Part shown: in pieces, positions 9,141 through 19,625 of the stretch
Position numbering within the stretch: position 1 is the stretch's first letter
Layout of the letters: every line of letters starts with the position of its first letter
Made by a program: the position numbers and the translations under genes
Assembly (NCBI GenBank): GCA_934095845.1
Contig: CAKOKS010000001.1
Span: 89,060 to 153,059, forward strand
Reading direction: 5' to 3'
DNA length: 64,000 nt
Source: an uncultured Bacilli bacterium
Lineage (GTDB): Bacteria > Bacillota_I > Bacilli_A > RF39 > UBA660
Notes under the pieces: generated by a model
Seen by the model: only the letters and a program-made list of their open reading frames with translations
Databases searched by the model: none
Told to the model about the DNA's origin: nothing

Positions 9141-10694
9141 ATGTATATGATAGATTTGTTTAAATTAATTAATAAGAAAACAACATTTATGACAATATTT
9201 TTGAAAAGTTGTATTTATTTATGTTGGTACTTTTTTGCAATAGTTTTTTCGATATTTATATATGACTATTTAACTGATACTAAAATATTTTTAGTGCTTC
9301 TTTTTATAGGAATTATATATATATTTAGAAACATGCTAAAATATTTACATAATAAAGATGCTAATCAAGCACATTATAATGTAAAACATGAAATTGAAAT
9401 GTATTATTTTAAAAAGATACAAAGTAGTAAAGCATATTATAATGACTCAATATTAAAAAAATTAGATAAAGAAATACTTAATTTTTCTTATTTATTTACT
9501 AAGATAATATTTGATTTAGGAGAAGTTATTATTCCTTTTATTCTTGGTATGATAATTTTATATACCAAATTATTTGAAGTTAATTTTATTATGTCTTTAA
9601 TAAGTTTAATTTATATAAATTTATTACTTGTATTAAAGTATAAAAAAACAGATTTAAAATCTGGCGTTAATTATAATGATTTATTAAATGATTTTATATT
9701 TAAATTTGATACAATTAGAAAATTAAAAGTATTTGATTATTGTGTTAATAAGTTAGATGAAAACGAAGAAAATGACATAGTTATATTAAAAAAAGAAGCT
9801 GAAGATAATGATATTAAATTTTCAAATGGAATAATAATTTATTTTCTATTTATGTTACTAATTATATTTTTCTCAATTAAGAATAATGTAACTAAAGTTG
9901 GTTTATTAATTTTTGTTATAGTAATAATGATAAAATTACAAAATGTATTATATGATTTACCTAATACAATAAAAAGAATAATAAGTCTTAAATCAAGAAA
10001 AACGCATCTTGATAATATGTATGGAGAAAAGATATCTTTAAAAAGTGTTAAAAATTTTAAAGTTGTTACTTTAAATGAAGTAAAGGTTAATTATAAAGAT
10101 ACAAATACTTGTATAAGTATTCCATCGTTTGAACTTATAAAAGGTGACACGATTGGTATATTAGGAAAATCTGGTCAAGGTAAATCAACTGTATTAAATA
10201 TTTTAAGTGGTTTATCAAATATTAATGAAGGAAAAATATTAATTGATGGTGAAGAAAAGAGATATCCAATTGATGTCGTATATTTATCAACAAGCGTAAA
10301 AATGTTTTCTTTATCACTTCGCGATAATTTAACTTTAGGTAAAAAAATAGATGATAAAAAGGTAATTGAATTAATAAATGAAATTGGTCTTGAAGAATGG
10401 TTTAATAGTCTTGATAATGGACTTGAAACGATTATTAATGATGTAAGTGATACTGTACTTAGAAGATTAAATATTATAAGAGCAATTATTATGGATAAAG
10501 AAGTTTATTTGTTTGACGAGATTACTAGCGGATTAAATTTAGATAGTGAAAAGAAAGTTGTTTCTATGATAAAAAAATATTTTAAAGATAAAACGTTTAT
10601 TATTATTTCTGATAGACCTATTCTTAATAATATTTGTGGAAAACATTATTTTATTAAAAATCATACATTATTAGAGAAAGAATCGTTGTTATAG
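9141..10694 (+). CDS. ABC exporter, fused permease/ATP-binding protein with degenerate signature motif
   Basis: Six predicted TM helices followed by an NBD with Walker A GKSGQGKST. The LSGGQ signature is degenerate (VSDTVLRRL). The exact start is uncertain (TTG 9135, GTG 9138, ATG 9141 or ATG 9147). Confidence 0.6.
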   Translation: MYMIDLFKLINKKTTFMTIFLKSCIYLCWYFFAIVFSIFIYDYLTDTKIFLVLLFIGIIYIFRNMLKYLHNKDANQAHYNVKHEIEMYYFKKIQSSKAYYNDSILKKLDKEILNFSYLFTKIIFDLGEVIIPFILGMIILYTKLFEVNFIMSLISLIYINLLLVLKYKKTDLKSGVNYNDLLNDFIFKFDTIRKLKVFDYCVNKLDENEENDIVILKKEAEDNDIKFSNGIIIYFLFMLLIIFFSIKNNVTKVGLLIFVIVIMIKLQNVLYDLPNTIKRIISLKSRKTHLDNMYGEKISLKSVKNFKVVTLNEVKVNYKDTNTCISIPSFELIKGDTIGILGKSGQGKSTVLNILSGLSNINEGKILIDGEEKRYPIDVVYLSTSVKMFSLSLRDNLTLGKKIDDKKVIELINEIGLEEWFNSLDNGLETIINDVSDTVLRRLNIIRAIIMDKEVYLFDEITSGLNLDSEKKVVSMIKKYFKDKTFIIISDRPILNNICGKHYFIKNHTLLEKESLL

Positions 10695-10773
10695 ATTCTT
10701 TCTTATTATTTTCATAAACGTTTGATAAAATGAAAATTGTGCATATTATATGTAAGTAGGGAAGGAAATTTAT

Positions 10774-12912
10774 ATGAAAGATATATTAAAAAAATATACT
10801 GGTAAAATAATTTTAGTCGTGCTTTTACTTTTAGTTCAAGCCTATTGTGATCTTGCTTTACCAGATTATACATCAAAGATAATTAATGTTGGAATTCAAC
10901 AAAAGGGAATATCTTCTGAAGTAACTGATGTTTTAACTGATAAAACATTTGATAATTTATCTGCTTTAGATAACAAATTAAAAGGTTACTATGAAAAAGT
11001 GGATAAAACTGATAAGAATATAAAAAAATATCCATATTTAAAAGATGGAGATGTTTATAAGTTAATTGATTCAGTAAGTGAAGATGGTAAAAGTGAAATA
11101 GTAGATGCTACTGTTATTTACTCATTCTTAATAAGTAATGAGCAAATTAAAAAGAGTGGGATAGATATAAATCCAACTACTATAGAATATTATACAAAAA
11201 GTGATACTTTAAATATAAAAGAATATTTGGATAAGTTTAAAGATATTGATGATTCAATGAAAAAACAATATTCTATTAATTTTATTTCTAGTGAATATAA
11301 AAGTCTTGGTATTGACTTAGAAAACTTGCAAATGAAATATCTATTTAAAACTGGTACAATGATGGTTTTACTTTCACTTTTCATAATGGTAGTTATAATA
11401 TTAACGACATATCTTTCAGGAAAAATTGCCGCAATGTTTGCATTTGATTTAAGAGAAAAAGTTGTTAGAAAAATAATGAGCTTTTCAAAAAGTGAATTTA
11501 ATGAATTTGAAACTAGTAGTTTAATAACTAGATCTACAAATGATATAACTCAAATACAAAATATGTTTACAATGGTTCTTAGAATGGTATTATATGCACC
11601 AATAATTGGAATTGGAGCTTTAACAAAAATAATATCAATTAATATGGTTTGGATTTTAGGTATATCTATTGGAGCTATATGTTTACTAATGATTATACTT
11701 ATGTTATTTGGTCTTCCAAAATTTAAAATTATTCAAAGTTTAATTGATAAATTAAATTTAATAGTAAGAGAAACATTAAATGGATTACCTGTAATAAGAG
11801 CTTTTGCAAATGAAAAGAAAGAAATAGATAAGTTTGATAAAGCAAATACAGATTTAAAGAAAGTCAACTTATTTACTCAAAGGTTAATGTCATTAATGTC
11901 CCCATTAATGATGCTAATAATGAATGGTACAATTATTCTTATTTATTTTGTAGGAGCAAAACATATTGATACTGGGACAATGCAAGTTGGAACATTAACT
12001 GCTTTAATTAGTTATACAATGCAAGTTATTATGTCATTCTTGATGTTAAGTATGTTATCTATAATGGCTCCAAGAGCAATAATATCTATTAATAGAATTA
12101 AAGAAGTATTAAATAAAGAAAATAGTATTGAAGAAAGTAAAAATCCAGTTAAGTTAGATTCTAGTAGAAATGGTGAATTAGAGTTTAAAAATGTTTCATT
12201 TAAATATCCAGATGGAGATGAATATGTTTTAGAAGATGTTAATTTTAAAATAAATAAAGGTGAAACACTTGCAATAATTGGATCAACTGGTTCAGGAAAG
12301 AGTACAATTGTTAAATTAATTGATAGATTCTTTGATGTAACAAGTGGAGAAATACTTTTAAATGGAACGAATATTAAAGATTTAAGTTTTGAAGATTTAA
12401 GAAGTGAAATTGGTTTAGTACCTCAAAAAGGAATGCTATTTAGTGGAACAGTTGAATCTAATCTTAAATTTGGAAATGATTCATTAACTGAAGAAGAGAT
12501 GATTAATGCATTAAAAGTTTCTGAAGCTTATGAATTTGTTATGAATAAAGAAGAAAAACTTTTGTATCCAATTAATCAAGGTGGAACTAATGTATCTGGA
12601 GGTCAAAGACAAAGATTATGTATTGCAAGGGCTGTTGCTATGAATCCAAATATTTACGTATTTGATGATTCTTTTTCAGCACTTGATTATAAAACAGATG
12701 CTAAAGTAAGAAAAAATTTAAATGAAAATTGTAAAAATTCAACAAAAGTAATTATTGCTCAAAGAGTAGCAACAGTTATGAATGCTGATAAGATTTTAGT
12801 TTTAGATGAAGGTAAAGTTGTTGGCTTAGGAACTCATAAAGAACTTTATAAAAATTGTAAAGTATATAAAGAAATTGCTTTATCTCAATTAAGTGAGGAG
12901 GAACTTGCATGA
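10774..12912 (+). CDS. ABC exporter permease/ATPase, heterodimer partner 1, with large extracytoplasmic loop
   Basis: Walker A GSTGSGKST, signature SGGQRQR, Walker B VFDDSFSALD. About 160 aa are inserted between TM1 and TM2. Confidence 0.8.
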   Translation: MKDILKKYTGKIILVVLLLLVQAYCDLALPDYTSKIINVGIQQKGISSEVTDVLTDKTFDNLSALDNKLKGYYEKVDKTDKNIKKYPYLKDGDVYKLIDSVSEDGKSEIVDATVIYSFLISNEQIKKSGIDINPTTIEYYTKSDTLNIKEYLDKFKDIDDSMKKQYSINFISSEYKSLGIDLENLQMKYLFKTGTMMVLLSLFIMVVIILTTYLSGKIAAMFAFDLREKVVRKIMSFSKSEFNEFETSSLITRSTNDITQIQNMFTMVLRMVLYAPIIGIGALTKIISINMVWILGISIGAICLLMIILMLFGLPKFKIIQSLIDKLNLIVRETLNGLPVIRAFANEKKEIDKFDKANTDLKKVNLFTQRLMSLMSPLMMLIMNGTIILIYFVGAKHIDTGTMQVGTLTALISYTMQVIMSFLMLSMLSIMAPRAIISINRIKEVLNKENSIEESKNPVKLDSSRNGELEFKNVSFKYPDGDEYVLEDVNFKINKGETLAIIGSTGSGKSTIVKLIDRFFDVTSGEILLNGTNIKDLSFEDLRSEIGLVPQKGMLFSGTVESNLKFGNDSLTEEEMINALKVSEAYEFVMNKEEKLLYPINQGGTNVSGGQRQRLCIARAVAMNPNIYVFDDSFSALDYKTDAKVRKNLNENCKNSTKVIIAQRVATVMNADKILVLDEGKVVGLGTHKELYKNCKVYKEIALSQLSEEELA

Positions 12913-14708
12913 AAGGAAAAGGACATGGACCAAATCAAGAGGTAGAACGCGCAAAAGATTTTAAAGGGACATTAAAAAAATTATTTAATTCCTTAGGTAT
13001 GTATAAAATACCTATATTAATTGTTTTCTTATTCGCAGCTGCTTCAACTATTTTTGCAATAATTGGACCTAAAGTTTTAGGAAATGCAACTAATGAAATA
13101 TTTAATGGTATTGTTTCTAAAATAAGTGGTGGAAGTGGAATTGATTTTTCAAAAGTAAATGGTATTTTACTTACTTGTTTAATTCTTTATATTGTAAGTG
13201 CTATTTGTAATTATATTCAATCATTTATAATGTCAACAGTTACTCAAAAATATACTTATAAATTAAGAGGTGATTTAGATAAGAAAATTCATAGATTGCC
13301 TTTTAAATATTTTGACTCTAAAACTAATGGCGAAGTATTAAGTGTTATTACAAATGATGTTGATACATTACAAGTTAGTTTTAATCAAGCAATAACTCAA
13401 GCAATAACTTCTTTAACAACTGTTATTGGTATAGTTATTATGATGCTTTCTATAAATGTTAGTATGACTTTATGTGTACTTATACTTATTCCAATAAGTT
13501 TAGTATTTATGTCTTCAATCATTAAAAAAAGTCAAAGACACTTTAAAAATAATCAAGAGTATTTAGGACACGTAAATGGTAACATTGAAGAAATGTATTC
13601 AGGTCATGATATTGTTACATCATTTAACGCGACTGAAAAATATGTGAGTGTGTTTAATGAAAATAATAAGAAGCTTTATGAAGCAGGATGGAAGAGTCAA
13701 TTCTTATCTGGACTTATGCATCCAATTATGCAATTTATTGGTAATTTAGGATATGTATGTGTTGCTATTTTAGGTGGATATTTATGTATTAAAGGTAAAA
13801 TAAATGTAGGTAATATTCAATCATTTATATCTTATACTAAAAACTTTACTCAACCTTTAACAAGTCTTGCTCAAGTATTAAATCAAATTCAATCAATGAT
13901 TGCATCATCTGAAAGAATATTTGAATTCTTAGAAAGTGATGAAGAAACTTTTGGAGAAAAAGAATTAGATCATGAAGTTCTTGGTAATGTTAAATTTGAT
14001 CATGTAAGTTTTGGCTATGATGAAAATAAAACAATTATTAAAGACTTTAGTTTAAATGTTCATGCTGGAGAAAAAGTTGCTATAGTTGGACCAACTGGTG
14101 CAGGTAAAACAACTTTGGTAAAATTGTTAATGAACTTTTATAAAGTTAATTCTGGTGAAATAACAGTTGACGGAATGAACATTAATGATTATAAAATAGA
14201 TGAATTAAGAAAAAACTTTGGTATGGTCTTACAAGATACATGGTTATATAGTGGAACTATAATGGAGAACTTAAAATATGGTAAATTAGATGCCAGTGAT
14301 GAAGAAGTATATAAAGCTTGTAAGATAGCAAATGTTGATCATTTTATAAGAACTTTACCAGATGGATATAATATGCAAATAGATGAAGAAAACGCAAATA
14401 TTAGTCAAGGTCAAAAACAATTACTTACTATAGCAAGAGCAGTACTTGCTAATTCAAAAATTCTAATTCTTGATGAAGCAACTTCATCAGTAGATACTAG
14501 AACTGAAGAATTAATTCAAGATGCAATGGATAATCTTATGGAAGGAAGAACAAGTTTCATCATTGCTCATAGATTATCTACAATTAAAAATGCAGATACT
14601 ATTTTGGTAATTGATAATGGTGAAGTAGTAGAAATGGGTAACCATAAAGAATTATTAGAAAAAAATGGTTTTTATGCAAAACTATATAATAGTCAATTTG
14701 AAGTATAG
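12909..14708 (+). CDS. ABC exporter permease/ATPase, heterodimer partner 2
   Basis: Start overlaps the upstream stop (ATGA). Walker A GPTGAGKTT, signature SQGQKQ, Walker B ILDEATSSVD. Confidence 0.85.
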   Translation: MKGKGHGPNQEVERAKDFKGTLKKLFNSLGMYKIPILIVFLFAAASTIFAIIGPKVLGNATNEIFNGIVSKISGGSGIDFSKVNGILLTCLILYIVSAICNYIQSFIMSTVTQKYTYKLRGDLDKKIHRLPFKYFDSKTNGEVLSVITNDVDTLQVSFNQAITQAITSLTTVIGIVIMMLSINVSMTLCVLILIPISLVFMSSIIKKSQRHFKNNQEYLGHVNGNIEEMYSGHDIVTSFNATEKYVSVFNENNKKLYEAGWKSQFLSGLMHPIMQFIGNLGYVCVAILGGYLCIKGKINVGNIQSFISYTKNFTQPLTSLAQVLNQIQSMIASSERIFEFLESDEETFGEKELDHEVLGNVKFDHVSFGYDENKTIIKDFSLNVHAGEKVAIVGPTGAGKTTLVKLLMNFYKVNSGEITVDGMNINDYKIDELRKNFGMVLQDTWLYSGTIMENLKYGKLDASDEEVYKACKIANVDHFIRTLPDGYNMQIDEENANISQGQKQLLTIARAVLANSKILILDEATSSVDTRTEELIQDAMDNLMEGRTSFIIAHRLSTIKNADTILVIDNGEVVEMGNHKELLEKNGFYAKLYNSQFEV

Positions 14709-14735
14709 GAATATACTTCTTTTTTCATGAAAAAA

Positions 14736-14751
14736 AGACACTTATGTGTCT
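14736..14751. terminator. bidirectional hairpin between convergent genes
   Basis: Hairpin agacac-ttat-gtgtct, flanked by an A7 run upstream. Confidence 0.45.
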
Positions 14752-15547
14752 AAAGTAATTCAAGTGCCATCATAGCAATAAAACCTATTAATGTTACAAT
14801 ACCTATCATATTTTTATTATCATCGTTCATACATTCTGGTACTAATTCTTCTATTATTACAAATAACATTGCACCAGAAGCAAAAGCAAGTAGGATAGGG
14901 AGTATAACTTTTATTTTTAAAACAAGTATAACACCAAGAATAGCTGATAATGGTTCAACAATGCCTGAGAGTGAGCCAATTATAAATGCTTTTTTTCTAC
15001 TTAAGCCTTCTTTTCTTAAAGGTATTGATATTGCTGCTCCTTCAGGAATATTTTGCATACCAATTCCTATTGCAAGTGATATAGCTGCTATTAAAGTAGC
15101 CCCTTCGATATTGTAAATAATTGATCCAAAAGCAACACCAATAGCAAGTCCTTCTGGTATATTGTGTAAAACTATAGAAGTTACTAAAAGTAGAATTCTT
15201 CTAAAATTATTTTCTTCATTATCTATAAATTTTGACGAAATTTTATCTCCAATAATTAGTAAAAATGATCCACAAAGTAGGCCGATTGAAACCACCAAAA
15301 TCACATTCATATTTAAATTTTTTGCTTGTTCTATTGCTGGAAGTAATAGTGAAAATATGGCAGCTGACAACATTATTCCTGCAGATGCACCTAATAAATA
15401 ATTCATAACTTTATTGTTGATTTTTTTAAATAAAAAAACAAATGAAGAACCAATAGTAGTTAGAGTAAAAGTCATAGTAGATGCTATTATTGCTTGAATA
15501 AGCGGTGATAAATTACAAAAAAAATTAATCATATCATATCTCCTCAA
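14750..15547 (-). CDS. zupT: ZIP-family divalent metal (zinc) transporter
   Basis: Multi-TM protein with HNIPEGLAIG and QNIPEGAAIS motifs. Confidence 0.8.
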   Translation of the reverse strand: MRRYDMINFFCNLSPLIQAIIASTMTFTLTTIGSSFVFLFKKINNKVMNYLLGASAGIMLSAAIFSLLLPAIEQAKNLNMNVILVVSIGLLCGSFLLIIGDKISSKFIDNEENNFRRILLLVTSIVLHNIPEGLAIGVAFGSIIYNIEGATLIAAISLAIGIGMQNIPEGAAISIPLRKEGLSRKKAFIIGSLSGIVEPLSAILGVILVLKIKVILPILLAFASGAMLFVIIEELVPECMNDDNKNMIGIVTLIGFIAMMALELL

Positions 15548-15579
15548 GATATTCTATGATTAATAATTTAATGTGTTAA

Positions 15580-17250
15580 TTATTTTTTTATTTCCATTAT
15601 AACTGGTAGAATCATTGGTCTTCTTCCAGTTCTTTCGTTAATAAACATATTAAGTTCAAGTATTACTTGATTTTTTATATCTATTACATTATATTTTCCA
15701 CTTAAAGATTTATTAACTATTTCACTTACTTTATTTTCAATTTCTCTTATTAAAGAAGCATTTTCATTTACTAAAACAAATCCTCTAGTAGTTATATTTG
15801 GTTTTATAAGTAAGGTTTGTTTGTTAACATCAATATTTAATATAGCTATCAAAACACCATCTTTACTCATAAGTTTTCTATCTTTTATTACAACTGAGCC
15901 AATGTCTCCAATACGAGAACCATCAACGTATACATCTCCAGCGGTAATTCTTCTTCCTCTTCGGCATCCATTTTTATCCATTAAAACAACATCACCATTT
16001 TTACAAATAAAGATATTATTTTCTGGAACATCGCAGGAAACAGCTAAATCTTTATGAGCTTTTAACATATGATATTCTCCATGAATTGGCATTAAATATT
16101 CTGGTTTAATAAGTCTTAGCATCCATTTTAATTCTTCAGCTTTAGCATGACCAGATGTGTGAATATCTGATACATCAGAATTTGTATAAACTTTAACACC
16201 TTTTAAATAAAGTTTATTAATAATTCTATTAATGCTTTGTGAGTTACCTGGAATTGGGTTAGAAGAGAATACAATTATATCATCTGGCATTAGTTGAACT
16301 TGTTTATGAGTTCCGTTAGCTATTCTTGATAAAGCTGCTAGAGGTTCACCTTGAGAACCTGTACATAAAATACAAATTTCGTTTTTCTTTAAATCTTTTG
16401 CCTGATTAGCATCAATAAAAATTGTTGGATCTTTTATAAGATTGTTTTTTATTGCTATTTCTTTAGCTGATTCCATACTTCTTCCGAAAGTAATGATTTT
16501 TCTATTATTTTCACGACAAGTTTCAACAATATGTTTAATTCTATAAATATTTGATGCAAATGTAGCAAGTATAATTCTATTTGTACTTGAATTTGCAAAT
16601 ATATCACCTAGAGCTTCATCAACTATTGCTTCACTTGCTGAAAATCCTGGAGATAAAGCATTTGTACTTTCTGAAAGTAAAAGTTTAACTCCATGACTTC
16701 CTAAAGATGCCATTTTGTGAATATCGGCCATTGGACCAATTGGTGTTAAATCAAATTTAAAGTCACCAGTATGAATAATATCTCCATTTGGTGTATGAAC
16801 AACTATTGCAAATGAATCTGGGATTGAGTGTGTTGTTGTAATGAATTCAACACTTAAATTTTTAAACTTGATAACTGTGTCTTTATTATAAACTTCTAAA
16901 TTATCATATTTCATATTTTTGTCATCAAGTTTTTTTCTGATTAAATCACTTGCAATTTGTGATGCATAAATCTTTGGTATATTAACGTTTTGAAGTAAAA
17001 AAGTAATTCCACCTATATGATCTTCATGACCATGAGTAATTATTAAAGCTTTTATTTTATCTTCATTTTGTTTTAAGTAAGTCACATCTTGAATAACATA
17101 ATCTATACCTAATAAATCATCTTCTGGAAACATGACTCCAGCATCAATTATTATAATTTCTTTTCCATGTTCTATAACATACATGTTTTTTCCAACTTCG
17201 CCTAAACCGCCTAAAGCGAAAACAGACGTAGTTGTATCTGTTTCTTTCAT
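15580..17250 (-). CDS. rnj: ribonuclease J
   Basis: Metallo-beta-lactamase motif HGHEDHIGG plus beta-CASP and a C-terminal domain. RBS AGGAGG upstream. Confidence 0.9.
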   Translation of the reverse strand: MKETDTTTSVFALGGLGEVGKNMYVIEHGKEIIIIDAGVMFPEDDLLGIDYVIQDVTYLKQNEDKIKALIITHGHEDHIGGITFLLQNVNIPKIYASQIASDLIRKKLDDKNMKYDNLEVYNKDTVIKFKNLSVEFITTTHSIPDSFAIVVHTPNGDIIHTGDFKFDLTPIGPMADIHKMASLGSHGVKLLLSESTNALSPGFSASEAIVDEALGDIFANSSTNRIILATFASNIYRIKHIVETCRENNRKIITFGRSMESAKEIAIKNNLIKDPTIFIDANQAKDLKKNEICILCTGSQGEPLAALSRIANGTHKQVQLMPDDIIVFSSNPIPGNSQSINRIINKLYLKGVKVYTNSDVSDIHTSGHAKAEELKWMLRLIKPEYLMPIHGEYHMLKAHKDLAVSCDVPENNIFICKNGDVVLMDKNGCRRGRRITAGDVYVDGSRIGDIGSVVIKDRKLMSKDGVLIAILNIDVNKQTLLIKPNITTRGFVLVNENASLIREIENKVSEIVNKSLSGKYNVIDIKNQVILELNMFINERTGRRPMILPVIMEIKK

Positions 17251-17414
17251 TTTTTATCCTCCTAAAAAAAGTTTATAATAAAGCTCTCAGATAAGTAAGA
17301 TTATACTATAAATTTATTAAAAAGTCTATTGTACATAAAAATTTTACATAAATTTGAATAAAAAAGAAGTAATTTGAATCTTAATAGCAATATATATGTT
17401 TAGAAGGAGGAGAA

Positions 17415-18590
17415 ATGAAGAAAATTATATTGTATGTTTTAATTTTAATTATACTTTTTATGCCAACTTATGTTAAATCTTTAACTATTTATGGTGATTA
17501 TGAAAAATATAAGATGGGAGTTGATGAATTTTTACCAGAAAGTGATACGTTAAAGCGAGAAGAAATTACTTTATATAATACTTATGAAATAGAAAATAAT
17601 GATTTGGGATATTTAGAAGAATGTAATAAGTATGATGAAAATGATTATTTAGAAGAAACACTATATAGCAAAGATAAACTTAATGATTCTTATGGCTATC
17701 AACCAATTCTTACTAATGGTAAAAGACTACAAATGATTTCTTTATATGATTTTAAAGATGTAAACATTAAAGAAATTAATATTTATTATAAAGGAGAGTT
17801 AATTGAATATTACTTTTTGAAAAATAAAGACAAATTTAAAATCTTAAATGATCATGATCTAAATACAAATTTAATTTTGTCAGGGAATATGGAGATTACT
17901 ATATATTTTAGTGATAATAACTTAAATCCATTGGAATTAAGTGTTGAAGTAATTGGTGATGAAATAAATGTGTCAAGTTACTTTACCTTTTATGATGGAA
18001 ATACTTTTTTTGCTAAGACTAAGGGTAATTATATTTATTTTGTAGATAATGATGAATATGAAAACTTAAAGGAAAAGTATGGAGCTTATAACATTCAAAA
18101 TACAGTTAGTAGTTATACTAATGTAAAAAATTATTATAAAAAAAATATTCGTAAGTATCATTGTTACAAAGAAGAAAAGGTTAAAACAAATGAATATGTT
18201 TTAGATGGAGAAAATTTAATTAAAGATGATTTTATTAAAAAATATAATTATTATATACGTTCCAAAAATATAATTGAAGATAATGTTGAAGAAATTAAAA
18301 ATATAGTTTCAGAAAATAATGATATTGTTAAAAGTGAAAATCCAAAAACAAATGAAACTAAGATAAAAAGTAAAACATCTATAAAAAAAGAAAAAAAACT
18401 TTCAAATATAGATAATGATGAAATAGAAGATGATCAAAGTACTCAAGAAGAAATAGTAAAAGTTGAGCCTTTAGTAAATAAAGTTAAGGTTAATCCAAAT
18501 AAAAAATTTAAATTTAGATATTTGTTTTTAATTATAATTTTATTCTTTATTTTACACATTTTATTACATTGTTTACATAGAAAAAAGTAA
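17415..18590 (+). CDS. hypothetical secreted protein with C-terminal TM anchor
   Basis: RBS GGAGGAG. N-terminal signal peptide, acidic Asp/Glu-rich region, and a C-terminal hydrophobic tail. Confidence 0.5.
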   Translation: MKKIILYVLILIILFMPTYVKSLTIYGDYEKYKMGVDEFLPESDTLKREEITLYNTYEIENNDLGYLEECNKYDENDYLEETLYSKDKLNDSYGYQPILTNGKRLQMISLYDFKDVNIKEINIYYKGELIEYYFLKNKDKFKILNDHDLNTNLILSGNMEITIYFSDNNLNPLELSVEVIGDEINVSSYFTFYDGNTFFAKTKGNYIYFVDNDEYENLKEKYGAYNIQNTVSSYTNVKNYYKKNIRKYHCYKEEKVKTNEYVLDGENLIKDDFIKKYNYYIRSKNIIEDNVEEIKNIVSENNDIVKSENPKTNETKIKSKTSIKKEKKLSNIDNDEIEDDQSTQEEIVKVEPLVNKVKVNPNKKFKFRYLFLIIILFFILHILLHCLHRKK

Positions 18591-18661
18591 GATAGTAGGC
18601 CTTTTTGTCGAATCTCTTTTTTAGAATATTTATTTAAGATATAACAAAGGTGGGTGATAAA

Positions 18662-18979
18662 ATGTTAAAGATTAATTTGGAGTATAGAAAGGGAATATTA
18701 TTTGTAAGATTAAAAGGAAATTTAAACAAGAATACAGCTCAAAAATTTATGGATTACACTTTACCAATTATTGAAGATTATGGAATTAAGTATATGGTAT
18801 ACAATTTAGATGGACTTATGTCAATAGACTCAATTGGAGAAAATGCACTTTTAAGTGGAGGACAAAGTGTTAAAGAAAATGATGGAAGAGTTTTATTAAT
18901 AAATAATCGAGTAAATACATGTTTAAGATTTGATAAAATAACTGATGAATTAGTAGCTTTGGATCTTTTAAAAGTATAG
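18662..18979 (+). CDS. spoIIAA: STAS-domain anti-sigma-factor antagonist (SpoIIAA-like)
   Basis: ATG at 18662 lies after AAGGTGGGTGA. A STAS fold with conserved Ser is present in DSIG. Confidence 0.7.
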   Translation: MLKINLEYRKGILFVRLKGNLNKNTAQKFMDYTLPIIEDYGIKYMVYNLDGLMSIDSIGENALLSGGQSVKENDGRVLLINNRVNTCLRFDKITDELVALDLLKV

Positions 18980-19593
18980 TGTTAGATTTAATAAGTGAAA
19001 ATGAATGGTTAATTTATAGTATTGCTAAAAAGTTTTATAATGTAGAAAGAGAAGACCTTTATCAAGCTGGTTGTTTGGGACTAATAAAAGCAAATAATAA
19101 TTATAAAGAGGAGTTTGGACCTTTTTCAAGTTATGCTTATAAATACATATTTGGGGAAATGTATGAATTATCAGTTAAATGTCGAAATATTAAATTAAAT
19201 AAGTATTATTTGAAACTATATAAACTAATAATAAAAGCTCATAGTTATTTAACACAGGTTTTAAGTAAAGAACCTACATTTGAAGAAATAAGTGAATATA
19301 TTGGGTATCCATCTTCTGAAATTGAGTATGTAAGTATATTATGTGAGGATATGTTTAGTTTGGATGATGAATATCAAAATATACAAGTAGGTGTTAATTC
19401 TATAAATGATGATGATTTACTTTTATCCGAATCAATAGAATCTTTAGACCCAATATCATCTTTAGTAATTAAATATCGTTTTAAAGAAGATATGACACAA
19501 AGTGAAGTTGCTCAAAAACTTGGAATGTCCCAGGTAAAAGTGTCAAGAATTGAAAGTAAAAGTAAAAAACAAATTCTTGAATATATTTCTTAA
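18979..19593 (+). CDS. sporulation-type sigma-70 family factor (SigF/SigG-like), short, 204 aa
   Basis: GTG start overlaps the upstream TAG. Region 2 (LIYSIAKKF...DLYQAGCLGLIKA) and region 4 HTH (MTQSEVAQKLGMSQVKVSRIE) are present. Confidence 0.7.
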   Translation: MLDLISENEWLIYSIAKKFYNVEREDLYQAGCLGLIKANNNYKEEFGPFSSYAYKYIFGEMYELSVKCRNIKLNKYYLKLYKLIIKAHSYLTQVLSKEPTFEEISEYIGYPSSEIEYVSILCEDMFSLDDEYQNIQVGVNSINDDDLLLSESIESLDPISSLVIKYRFKEDMTQSEVAQKLGMSQVKVSRIESKSKKQILEYIS

Positions 19594-19625
19594 AAAATCT
19601 CCATAATATAAATGGAGGTTTTTAT

